Below the pieces are notes generated by a model. That model worked only from the letters and a program-made list of their open reading frames with translations. It was not told where the DNA came from and ran no database searches. Below are positions 23,821-35,404 of a stretch of 64,000 nucleotides of DNA, in pieces (within the stretch, counting starts at the first letter, position 1; every line of letters starts with the position of its first letter). The translations under genes and the position numbers were made by a program. Origin of the DNA: Monocercomonoides exilis PA203 (lineage: Eukaryota > Protista > Preaxostyla); the NCBI GenBank assembly GCA_001643675.2, contig LSRY02000066.1:62001-126000 (forward strand), read 5' to 3'.

Positions 23821-24668
23821 ATCATTAACAAGTTTATTTGGAACGAAAAGACAAATACATTGCAAAATGGATAAAAAGTCAATTTTTGATATTAAAGAAA
23901 GTCAAATGTTTCTTGAAAAATGTGTTGTTTTTTCATGTGTTCTTTTTTAAACGTAGAACACGACTTTTCAAACAGAAAATTTTGATAAAAATAACACGAT
24001 TTCAAAAGCAAACACAATTGTGTTTAATTGAAAGCACATTTCAATTATCTCCTTTAAAGAAATGCAGATTTTGATAACTTCCATGTTAAATATATAAAAA
24101 CAAGAATAGTATTTCAAAAATAAAAAAAATATTTTTCATTTGCCAAAAATTTTTTTGAAAAATAAAATCAGTGGTGTATTTTTAAATAAAACAAAAATGT
24201 TTCATTTCGATCAAAATTCTGTCACCACTCACGAGACTTCACGAGAACGTTCATAACAGTATTATGAAATTATTATTTTCATTTCAGAAAAGAAACATAA
24301 GTGTGAACAGAAATTTCATGATATTATGACATTTTTCATTTGAAAATTACACAAAAAGAAATTTATAAAAAAGAATTAGCCATATTATTTACCCAACATT
24401 CTGAACTGTCATTTTCATTAATTGAAACGAAGTATTGTTTATTTATTGATTTATATATTTTAATATTAATATATTTATTGATTTTTTATTTGAAAAGTTC
24501 AAATCATCACTTTCATCATCGATTTCTGTGATTCTAATATCGTTTCGGACTCACTTTATAATTTTTGTTTCAGAATCAAAAGAATTGTGTGCACACAAAA
24601 GATCTCATTTGAAAGAATCTTTCCTTCTTGTTCTTCTCACAATTGTGTTTGCAGATATTGCATTTACC

Positions 24669-24925
24669 TGGGTGATAATTTTTGAAATCATAACTTTTTT
24701 CGGAATGTTGATTCTTTGAAGTTTTCATCACAAATAAAATGAATTTTTCATTCAAATGAAATAAGAATGATAACTGTAAAAAAGACAATATTTCGGTTGA
24801 TTATCAAAAAAAAATATCTTTGTAAGGAGAAATTTAATTTCAGTGTTCATTTATCAATATTCAATGAAAATTAACATATTGAAATTTTTTGATAGAAAAA
24901 AAAATGAATTCAAAAATAATAACCA
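24669..24925 (+). mobile_element. MITE family B (TIR TGGGTGATTATTTTTGAAATCA)
   Basis: TGGGTGATAATTTTTGAAATCATAAC ... ATGAATTCAAAAATAATAACCA; similar to 48745-49002. Confidence 0.65.
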
Positions 24926-24999
24926 ATCTTTAAACTCAAATTCATTTTTGAAGCGAATTGCATCAATTGCAAATCTTCAGAAAACACAGTAATTGAAGA

Positions 25000-25800
25000 C
25001 ATAGAAGTTTCAACTGAATAAACACATTTTGACACTTCCAAACGGTTGATAGATTCGAACTATCTCGGTATTAAATTAATCACTTTAATAATCGAAAAAG
25101 ACGAAGAGTCAATTTGGATTCTGTTATACTGAATTCTGAGCTCATCCTCAATTGGATTTTTTTCAAATTGCCAAGAAGCTGTATATTGAATATTGTGATG
25201 TGTTTTATAAATCTGTTCAAGCACTTCTTCAACATTGTGCATTCTCATATAATCATTAATTGGTACAACTGATTCCTTTGTTTTTTCTTAAATCCCTTCG
25301 AAAAGATACAAAAGAAACGCTCTTTCAGCCAATTGATTCACTTTACCGAGAACAAAAGGGGAAAAGACAACTTCACATTGATCGCTGATCAGTGATAGCG
25401 AAAATCCTTTCAGAAGAAGTTATACTTCTTTTATCAACAAATCTCTGAGCAACCTGGCTTCGACACCTTTCTGGCAAACGAATACAGCTCCATGGACTTT
25501 CATCCAAAAATTTCAATATTTTTTCTGTTGTTTTCAGATCTTCACACTTCATAATATATTCTATTCTTTGCAATTTTGATCGATCAGAATTTCTTTGTTC
25601 TTCTTTGAACATGACATTTTTTCATCGTAAATATCGAAAAACCTTGCTTTGCTGTTGATTTTGAAGAAAGACGTTTTGAGACTGAAGAAGGATGAACGGA
25701 AATGTTTTGTTTTTCTTTCAGTTTCTTTCTCATAGAGTTAACAGAAATTCTCGGATTTCTTTATCAGACCTTCGACTTGAACATTAAAAGCATCCTTCGT
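25000..25800 (-). pseudogene. Decayed ORF, product unknown
   Basis: ORFs 25373-25612 and 25060-25248 lie on the same strand, linked by frameshifted protein-like sequence. Confidence 0.3.
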
Positions 25801-25859
25801 AATTTTTCTTCAGAAAAATTGATATCATGCATTTGGAAAATTCAAATTCAAGTGATATT

Positions 25860-26118
25860 TGTGTGATTATTTTTGAAATCATATTTTTTGGCACAAGATT
25901 TTTTGTTTCACAATAATTTCAAAAAATTTTGTCAATGAACACAGAAAAGTTATGACTCCATTCAAAAACATCTTTATCGTTCTTTTTCATCAACAAATAG
26001 CTTTTCAAACGATTGAAAAACAACTTCCTTTCAAAAGATGATTTGTTGGCAAATAATAATGAATTATCAAAGTAATTAACATCCCGAAAAAAGTTTTGAT
26101 TTCAAAAATAATCACCCA
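25860..26118 (-). mobile_element. MITE family B, inverted copy
   Basis: GTGTGATTATTTTTGAAATCATA ... CCGAAAAAAGTTTTGATTTCAAAAATAATCACCCA. Confidence 0.7.
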
Positions 26119-26660
26119 TTTTGAAATGTTGATGAGTTATGTTCATTAATTTTGTTCAATTGTTCGAGAAAAACAAATTATTCTTTCTCATTTTTTCTTT
26201 TTTTCCTTTTCTTCTTTCTTTCCTTTTCTTTTCTTTTTATCTTTCATTTCTAATTTTTTCACGTTCATCATAAACGATTTTGATGAAATGACACACATAT
26301 TCCTTCATTTCTCCTTTGGAACAAAGTTTTCATTTTCTCCTTTTAAATCTTTTTAATTTGAAATATGTGTAATTCTATTATGATTCTTTTTATGACATTT
26401 TGGGGGAAAATACGGACTTTCAAGCTTTTTATGCACAAAGCATGAAAAAATTGTTTCCCTTATAACAATATTAAACTTTATCAGATTTCAAAATACATTT
26501 GATTTTAAAATCCGTAAACTGGCACAGTTGAAATCAAACCATTAAGGATTATTGCATTTCATGAATGTCAAAAAATGAACCCATTTTTGTTGTGTTTTTT
26601 GATATAAAATGGTCAATGAAAAATGCATAATTATTTAATGCAAATGCCTGAAGTGATATA

Positions 26661-26902
26661 TGGGTAATTCTTTTTGAAAAGTCACAAATGTTTAATTTTC
26701 AAAAAAATCGATATTTTCATATTTTGCCCAAATTTCTGTTTCAGCTCACAAATCTCCTCAAAAATGTCTGAAATAGTATTATCCAGAAATTAATTCCATA
26801 TTAGAGAAGTTTGGTGTATGCAAACAAAAATTTGAGCAAAAAAGGAAATATTCAGTTAATTTTAAAAATAAACATTTGCGACTTTTCAAAAAGAATTACC
26901 CA
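26661..26902. mobile_element. MITE family C, TIRs of about 45 bp, TA flanks
   Basis: TA|TGGGTAATTCTTTTTGAAAAGTCACAAATGTTTA ... TAAACATTTGCGACTTTTCAAAAAGAATTACCCA|TA. Confidence 0.85.
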
Positions 26903-27063
26903 TATTTTGCCCCATTTTTTTTGATATTCAATAGATATTTTTGTTCCGAAATTTTTGTGTGAAAGTATTAAATTCCAAAAAAAAAATCACAGATATATTT
27001 CATAATATTGAAGTTTTTTTTATTTTCAATTTTTGTTGCAACACGGATGATGAAATCTAACTA

Positions 27064-27322
27064 CAGTCTTAACCGGATATAACCACATCGCTTGCAATCA
27101 CATTCGTTTATAGTTACATTTTTCGATGCACCGACATTTTTGGACAATTTTCCATTCATTTTCCATCGCATACAATCACAGGGCTGAAAAAATATTATCA
27201 CATTATTTCTTATTATGTGTGCCTTTTTCAATGAAAAATCGATATTATATTCAAAATTAAAAATTTTTGATTTTTCAAAAACACATTATAAACGGTCTGA
27301 ATAACTTATTAAAACAAACAAA

Positions 27323-27381
<59 letters not shown>

Positions 27382-27581
27382 AAAAAAAAAAAAACAAGTT
27401 TCTATTGAGAAAATTGTTTTTGTGAAGAATTTCCAAAAATAAAAAAATCGACACATAATTAATTATTTTTTAAATTAATTTTTATTTTCTTCTGTGAATA
27501 GCATCATCGTGTATAATCACAATTGGATATAGTCACAAAAAGTTGTGCAAAAACTGATGTGATTATATCCGGTTTCGACTG
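27064..27581. mobile_element. Non-autonomous pogo/Tigger-like (Tc1/mariner) element with an internal poly-A tract
   Basis: TA|CAGTCTTAACCGGATATAACCACATC ... GATGTGATTATATCCGGTTTCGACTG|TA; A-run of about 70 nt at 27323-27394. Confidence 0.85.
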
Positions 27582-27639
27582 TATATTACCGATCAGAATG
27601 CAATGTCTTTGGATAAAAATTCGTTAAAGCTTCAGTTTG

Positions 27640-27937
27640 AAGATATGATTTTTGAAATCATAACTTTTTACCGCGTGTCATTTTTTTTCAAAATTTTTTG
27701 TCATTGGGAAGTGATTTTGTATTCAAACTGTCAAGTGATCACAACTGTTTTAAAAACAAAAGTCAAAAAATAAGCATCTGGATGTTTCTAACAAGCCTTT
27801 TCATTTTTCAATAATATTTAATTTAATTTAATTTAATTTAATTTAATTTAATTTTATTTTATTTTATTTTTTTTTTTTTATTCAAGACATAATTTCAAAT
27901 CGAAATTATTGTTTGAAAAAATGTGCTCTCAAAAATA
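27640..27937 (+). mobile_element. MITE family B copy containing an (AATTT)n microsatellite
   Basis: ATTTTTGAAATCATAACTTTTT ... CTCAAAAATAATCACCCA; internal sequence parallels 48745-49002. Confidence 0.65.
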
Positions 27938-29141
27938 ATCACCCAAATGGATGTGGAAGAAATCCCAGATTCTGATGACATTCTTTCTATATATGAAGAA
28001 GTTGAGATAAAGATCTTTTTGGAGCAGGAGATGGAGAAAAAACCGTTGTATTAAACACTTCGGAATAATTATTCAATTGCATTTTCTGCAGTTTTATTCA
28101 ATTTAAATCAGAATAATTTCATGTACCAATATTTATTTTTATTTTTTTGGAATTTTTTTTTTCCAAATAGAATGATATCCTAACTCTGATATTTTTACAA
28201 ATAAATTAAAAACAATGATAAAAACTTCAATCATAAAATATCGAAAATTCTGATGGACATGTGAAGTTCCTATTTGTCGATTTCATTTGAACTTCAATTT
28301 AAATTATTTTTCACAAATGAATATTTGGTCTCGTGAATTCTTCAAAAAACCAAAAAATTGTGTGAAATTGTGATTAATGGGTTTTCAAATATTCATTATG
28401 GTAATTGATCAATTATGATATTTTTAAATGAAAAATAAATAATTTCGAATTATATTTGTTTGATGGTATGCAAATTTGTTTCTGTGTATTATTCATAAAA
28501 GATGATGATCAAAATTGACTTAACCTTTTGGCAACTGATTTCTTGATGAGAAATCAATTTAATTTCATCTGAAACACATTGCAATTTTAAAGAAAAAAAT
28601 TTACCCACTTTTTTGAAAACTATTTTTTATCATTAAAATTGATGGATTTATATTGCAATTTGCTTATGATTTATTTTTTTCTTTTTTTCTCTTTTTTGAT
28701 TTAGATTTTTTTCTGCAAAGAAATTTCAGTCATTTTGTTTACTATGAATTTGAATGAATTTTGCGAATAACTCATTAAGGAACGTAGCATTCGAGATGTT
28801 TTCTTGATTTTTTTGTGATGAAATGTTTTTCAGCGAGTAGATGAACTCGTTATTAATAATATGATTTGAATTTGTTGATTTATTTTATGTACATAATTAT
28901 ATTGCATTCTTTTGTTAAAAGTTTGAATCTAAACAATGCGAAAATATAAAAATCAAGTGACAGTGACTATCGTAAACTTTGAAAAAAAATCAAGAATTTC
29001 TCTGAAATTTTCTTTTCTCAATATTCAAATGATGACAAATAATCAATTATCAATGTTAATGTGAGAATGTTAAAAATTTTGTGCAATCTGTTTTCGATTT
29101 TTTGAATTTTTTGATCTTTTTTGTAATTTTATTATGAATAA

Positions 29142-32100
29142 ATGACAATTCCCGTATATGGTCGGAAAGAATTGCTTGATTGGTATCTTAAAAATTAATT
29201 TATCAATAATAAATTTGTGACATTCAAATAAACTTTTAAAAGGGCATCAAAGCAAGTTTCGAAAACTTTGACAAAAGAAAGTGAATTCCAGGTTTTCTTT
29301 CGATAATATGAACTTTTTTATTTTCTTAATTCGCTTTTGATATGCGGTAGGATGGAATCATTTTTTTAACCCTTTTTCAAAAAGCCTTTCCAGCATTGAA
29401 AGTTCGAATAACAACATTTCAAGTTTGATAATTTAAATATTAATTTGCTGATAAATCTATTGATAAATTTAATATTTTTAAAATTATTGTTTATTAGCAA
29501 CAGCCACCACCTGCAAAGGAAATATCAAAGAATTGGATGGAAATTCATCGCATTTGCTCTGAAATGGGAATACCAGGAACAATCTTCGATTACAAAGCTG
29601 TTTCGCTTGGAAAACCAAATGCCGTTTGCTCGCCATTGGTCCTGCTGTTATTTTTGACGGTTTGATTGAGTTAATCGAAAAATAGCGAACAATATTGTGT
29701 TTTTTTTGTTCAATTTTTTTAAAGGCAATTCCAAAGCAAAAGGAATACTCAATTGATTTGAACTTTACTATTAACCCCGAAGTGACAAGCTTTCTTGAAA
29801 GTAAAAAGCTGATATCATCTCTTATTAAAGGCGGGTTTGATTGATTTTTTTTTTATTTTAAAAAAAATCTAAATTAATTGCTGAAACATATGTTAATGAA
29901 ACAATTTATTTCCAGATCATTAGAAGCGTCATCAAAAAACACATTCCCGACTTCTTCTCATGCTTTTACAGACTCATCATTGCACGCTAAAGGAATGCAA
30001 TCAGAGGATAATATTTTTTCAAATTCTTCTCGTTCTTCAAAATTTGATGCAAATCAATCTGATGAAAAAGAAGACAAGCAGAAAGATATAACTATGAATT
30101 GTGCAAATGAAGCAAATCACAAAAAAATTGGAAAGATTTCGAGAGGCATCAAAGAAAATGGAAAAGAAAACGAGGTTATTTGGGAAAATGAGACAAATGA
30201 TTTGAGAGAAAGAAGCGAATTAGCAAAAAACAAAGAAGGATTGAACGCTGCTGCCGAATGTTCAGAATTGGAGAAAACGAAAAGAGCGCTGAAAGGTGTG
30301 TCTGAGCTGCTTTTCCAGAGCAACAGGATTGTTGGAGACAGAATTTGGAAGCAAACCAACTTGCCACCAGAGCAGCTGAGACAGCAAAGCGGAGAAGAAG
30401 CACCAAAAGAAATGAACAGCATTTTGAAAGAAATAACATTTCCGCTTTTGTTCCATCCATACACCGTTCAGAAGGAGCAGAGCCATTCTTCAGCACCATC
30501 ACGTTTATCACTTCATCCTTCAGTCACTTCATCACCATCATTCTCTTTGTCTTTATCATCATCTTCTTCTTCTTCTTCTTCTTCTTCTTCTACATTCTCA
30601 TCAAATGAATTAGAAAAACTCAAACTGGAAAATGCGAAATTGAAAGAAGAAAACGAGCTTCTGAGAGAGTGCTGGCTGGAAGAAAGAGAAGAAAGGCGAA
30701 GAAGAATGAAGGAAACGAAGAGCGAAGATGCAAAAGAAAGATTCATGTTTTCATTGGATAATGAGGTTGCATGTCAAATGGAAGAAGAGCAAAGAAAAGT
30801 GAAAGCAACAGACGATGTCAAAAAAGAAGAAGAAAAAGAAGAAAAATGCAAACAGAAAGAGAATGTTCTTGAAAGAAATGAAAAGATTTGGAAAATGAAA
30901 GAAAAGGAATTAAACGAAGAAATATCGAATTTGAATGCTGCTTTTGAGTTTTTGCTGAATCATTGGAATTTCAAAAGAGAAAGAGAAAGCGAAAGCGAAA
31001 CAAAGCATCGTTTGGGAAAAGGAGTTGAGCAAACAGACGAAGAAATGAAAGAAAAGAGCGATTCTTTTGAAGAAGTAGAGAGCGGAAATGAAGAATGGAA
31101 TTATGACTGGTTTCCAACCACGAAAGTGCGATGGCCTAATGAAGCAGAGAGAGAAGGAGAAGAACAAGCGAACGACGAAGAAATAGGAGATGGATGGGAA
31201 AAAGCAGCAGAAGCAACAAAAGAAGAAGGAGCGAGCACAATTGGAGACTTGCTGAGAACAACAGAAATGAAAGAAATGCAGAAAAGATTTGCGCGCTATT
31301 CAGCTGCAATGGAAAGACTCGAAGAACTGTCTTCGTATATTTGTCAAAGCAGCGCTTTTGAAGAAGACAAAACGCAAAAACAGGCAGAAGAAGAGAACAA
31401 AACATCAGAGCAATCTTCTTCTATTCCGCTGTCTTCGTTGTCTTCTCTGTCAGACTTTCTGCTCTTTCTGTTCTCTTATGTGGAGATTCTTGCCTGCCGC
31501 ATCAGAAAATCGCAGCGAACAATCCAAAAAGCGCAGATGATGCATTTTGCATTGGTGGAAGAGAGAGGAGAGGAAAAGAAGAGGAGGATAAAAGAAGAGA
31601 GGGAAAGAGAGAAGAAGGAAAGAGAAAAAAACAGAGAAATCGAAGAGGAGTGGAGAAAAGTGAGCGTGATGAAGGGGAAAGTGGAGAGAGAAAGAGCAAA
31701 ATTGGAAGAAGAGAAGGAAGATTCAGAAAGGGAGTTGAAGCTGCTGAAGGAAGATCTTAAAAAATGGAAGAAGATGGTGATTCAGTTGAAAATTGAAGAC
31801 GAAATGAAGAAGTTAGAGGCAGTTTGCGAAGGAATTGAAGGAGAAGAAGAAGAGAAAGAGAAAGAGAAATGCAAAAGAGTAGGATGCAAAGACAACAAGA
31901 GCAGAGCGCTTACAAAAGGAACTCTTTCTTCTCTTCCATTGGAACTGAAGTTGCCTTTTGCTCATCTTTCTCTTTTGGAGAAGAAGGAAAAAGAGATGAA
32001 AAGGCTGTCTGATGTGCAGAATCAGATTATTGAAGTGTTACTTGATGAGATTGAAAAGATGGTTGAAGAGGCAAAAACAAACAATGATGATGATGCTGTT

Positions 32101-33546
32101 GATGATGAAGAGAGCAAAGGAAACAGCAGAAATGAGAGAAGCAGAGCAGAAGGAAAGCTCAGCAATGAAAAGAGAAAGATTGAGAGAATCGACGCAAAAG
32201 AAGAGCAAAAAGCTGACAGTCGAAATTTCTTGCAGACAATTAAAGATTTGAAGACAGAAATGTGGGAACTTGATGGAATTATTGAGAGTATTTCTGAAGA
32301 AGAAGAAGAGATAATAAAGAGGCAGAATGAAATGAAGAAAGGAAACATCGAAATTGGAGCAGAATGGCTGAAGTTGATGAACGATGCAAAAGAAGAAGAA
32401 TTGGAAGAAGCAGAAACGGAGGCAGAAGCAGAAAGCAAAGAGAATGAAAAGAACGAAAAAACTGAAAGTGAAGGAGAAAATATGAAATCAGAAAGGAAAG
32501 GCAAAAAGTCATTAAACAATTCCATTTGCACAGAAAAATTCTTCGGCATTGTCCAATCAATCAGAAACAAAAAGGAGGAAATTTTGGCTCAACCAGCAGA
32601 TTCATCAGAAACACCATCTTCATCTTCATCTTCATCAGCTGACATAAGTGAATCTCTTGGGATTGCCTTTTCTCTATCTTATTCTCTCTTCTGTTCCACT
32701 CATTCCCTTCTTTCAACACTTTCATCATCTTTTTCTGAACTTATGAACAAAAACGAGTTATTGGAACAAGAAATGAAGACATTCAAAGAAGACAGCCAGA
32801 AAGAGAAAGAAGAAAGAGAAGCAATTTTAACAACGCAAAGTGAAGAGCTGGCTGAAGTGAAGGCAGAAATGGAAGAAAGAGAGAAAGAGATCATAACAAT
32901 GCTGAATGACTTGGCAGAGAAAGAAGCCAAAGAGGAATATTTCATGCTTGAGAAAGAGAGCGAGGGTGAGCTGCTTAAAAGAATGAATGAACAGGAAAAG
33001 AAAGACGAGAGAGAATTCGAAGAAGAAGCGGTGAAAAACTTTTGGATGAGGAGAGAAGGAGCTAGTTCGATGGAACTCAAAGAAGACGAGAAAAAGAAGG
33101 AGGAAGAAAAAGACGATGAGGAAGAAGAAAGCAAGAAGTTGATTACTGAAAGTTCTGGATATCAATCGAATGTGACAGCAAACATATCTTCGTATTCTCC
33201 TTCTTCTTTGTCGAAGTGTTTTGAAGTGGTATCTTCGTTGCTTGACACAATGCTCGACCAACTTGACACGAATCCGTATTTAATAAACCCACATTTGGAA
33301 GAAGAAAGCGAAGAAAAGGAAAAGAACGAAGAAGAAGAAGGAAAAGAGGAACAAACTGAAGGCGAAAACGAGAAACAGAAAAATTTGGCAACTAAAAAAG
33401 AAAAAGTGGGTAAGAAAACAATCTCGAAAAAAGGAAAAGCTAAGTTGGATTCAGACGTATCACTTCAAGAAAAACAAAACGGAAAAGAAGAAAAAACAGA
33501 AAAGAAAAAGCACATAAAGCATGATCAAAAGAAAGGAAAAAAATGA
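29142..33546 (+). CDS. N-terminal calponin-homology (EB1-like CH) domain plus long coiled-coil protein, 6 exons
   Basis: Short exons from 29142 splice in frame to MTIPVYGRKELLDW-ASKQVSKTLTKESEFQ-DGIIFLTLFQKAFP...KNWMEIHRICSEMGIPGTIFDYKAVSLGK...LVLLLFL, then join the large E/K-rich ORF ending at 33546. Confidence 0.75.
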
Positions 33547-33729
33547 ACAGAGGCAAGACGATTCTCAGGATTTTGTTTTTCTTTCGACATTTGTTTTTTT
33601 CTATTTCAACATCACTTTTGTATTTATTAAACATTAATCAACTAATTCTTTAAAAAATTAACTTTTCACTTCGCTAAACTTTCTTTTTTAATGTTTGATA
33701 AGATTCGAATAAGTCAATATTTTTATTAT

Positions 33730-35173
33730 ATGGATCGATCAGAGAAAAATTTCAATTTTGCAATGGAAGAACATGAACAGTCATTAAAATGGGCTGCTCT
33801 TACTCTTTTTCTCTCTCTCACGCCTACAGTTCTATTTCAAGTTGTCAAAGATGCAATTTACGTATTATTGGGAAGAAAATATTGGAGAAACTTTCCGATA
33901 AAGAGATATCCAGATGGATGCCTTCAGAAAACATCAAGATTTGCTTTAACATATTGTTCTGGTTCTGCCAATGCTATTATTCCACCGTTTCTACTCCATC
34001 ATCAAAACGCTATCATTTCTTCTTCGTTTAAAATTTTTGTTGCCATTTGTCAATGCATTTCATTTTTTGTGAGAGCATTTCCGTTTGCAAACATTATTTC
34101 TTGTGATAATTTCAATTAGATGCTTTTAACAGATATTTCTCTCTTGGCGCATTTTTTGTTTTTATTATCCCAACCCTCCTTCTTCTTTCAAAGAACTCTT
34201 CAAAAATAAAGAAGAACTTGCTTATTGCGTATTACTTTGTAGTGCTTGTAGCTTCATCTGTTTTAGTGGCTGTAGCAGGATTTCGGTGCAAAGAGGGCTA
34301 TGATATCGGAGTATTTACTGCGCATTTTCTGAACACTTTCTTTATATTCGCTGGAAGTCTTGTTGGTTCAATTTGGGGGTTAATAAATATTTATAAAAAC
34401 ACTGGGAAAATTATTGAATGTCCGATGTATTGCTGGACAGGGATTTTGATTTACGCTGCCTCATATTTCTCTGGCGTTATATCAACATGGATGAAAGACG
34501 TTTGCATTTTTTTTTTTCGTTTTTGATTTATAAATGTTTTTTCTTTTGTTATTTTATTTCTCAGATTTTGAAAGATCCAAGACCATCGTCATTCTATCCT
34601 CCAGATACAATTCAATGTGCATTGTCATATGGAAACCCCAGTGAACACACCATGACTGCGTTTTCATGGTTCTTTATTATTGTTATGGAAAAAAGGCACA
34701 AAGTTATCATGGAAGTTATGCGTTATCGAGATCTTGTCAACGAAATTCATCAAAAATCACAAAAAGATGCCGCTGCAGTTGGAGTTGAGGTTACAGCTGT
34801 CCCTCCACCTCCTATTTTACCCCCTCGCCCTCAGACAAAGTTTTGGTCAGCAGCCCTCGTTGCCTGTTCAGTGGTAATGCTTATTCTTGTACCAGTCTCC
34901 AGATATGCTCTTGGATACCACACTTTCATCCAGCTTTTCTTTGGAGTTCTTGGAGGAACTGCGATTGTGTGGATATTTTCAATGATTGATTGGATTGTTG
35001 AAAGTGCAGATGAACTTTGGCAGAGAAGAAAATTAAAGTTGAAGGAAAATAAAGCAAAAAAATCACTGAAAGATGCAGGAATCATTGAAGATAAACAAAA
35101 AGTTAACAAAAAGGATGTTATGAGAAGAAAGTCAAGCTCAAAAGTTAAAGGCAATAAAGAAAAGGAGCAATAA
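33730..35173 (+). CDS. PAP2-superfamily membrane phosphatase (dolichyl-pyrophosphate phosphatase-like), multi-exon, start uncertain
   Basis: Motif 1 WMKD|ILKDPRP split by an intron, motif 2 SYGNPSEH, motif 3 SRYALGYHTFIQ, and several hydrophobic helices. Confidence 0.8.
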
Positions 35174-35404
35174 TATGTTTTTCGTTGCTCTTTTCTTTTT
35201 CACTGTTTTTTGTCTTGAGAATTTTTGAATCATTTCAAGTTTTATTTGACTTAACCAAACACGAAAAAAGCTAATTATGCATTCTTCTTATTGTGAATGC
35301 AAATTAATTATAAAAAACATAATAAAAAATACGAACAAAGATGATATGACACGCAGGAATGAGGATTACCGATAAATAAATTGGGGAATAGATCAAAGTT
35401 TGAG

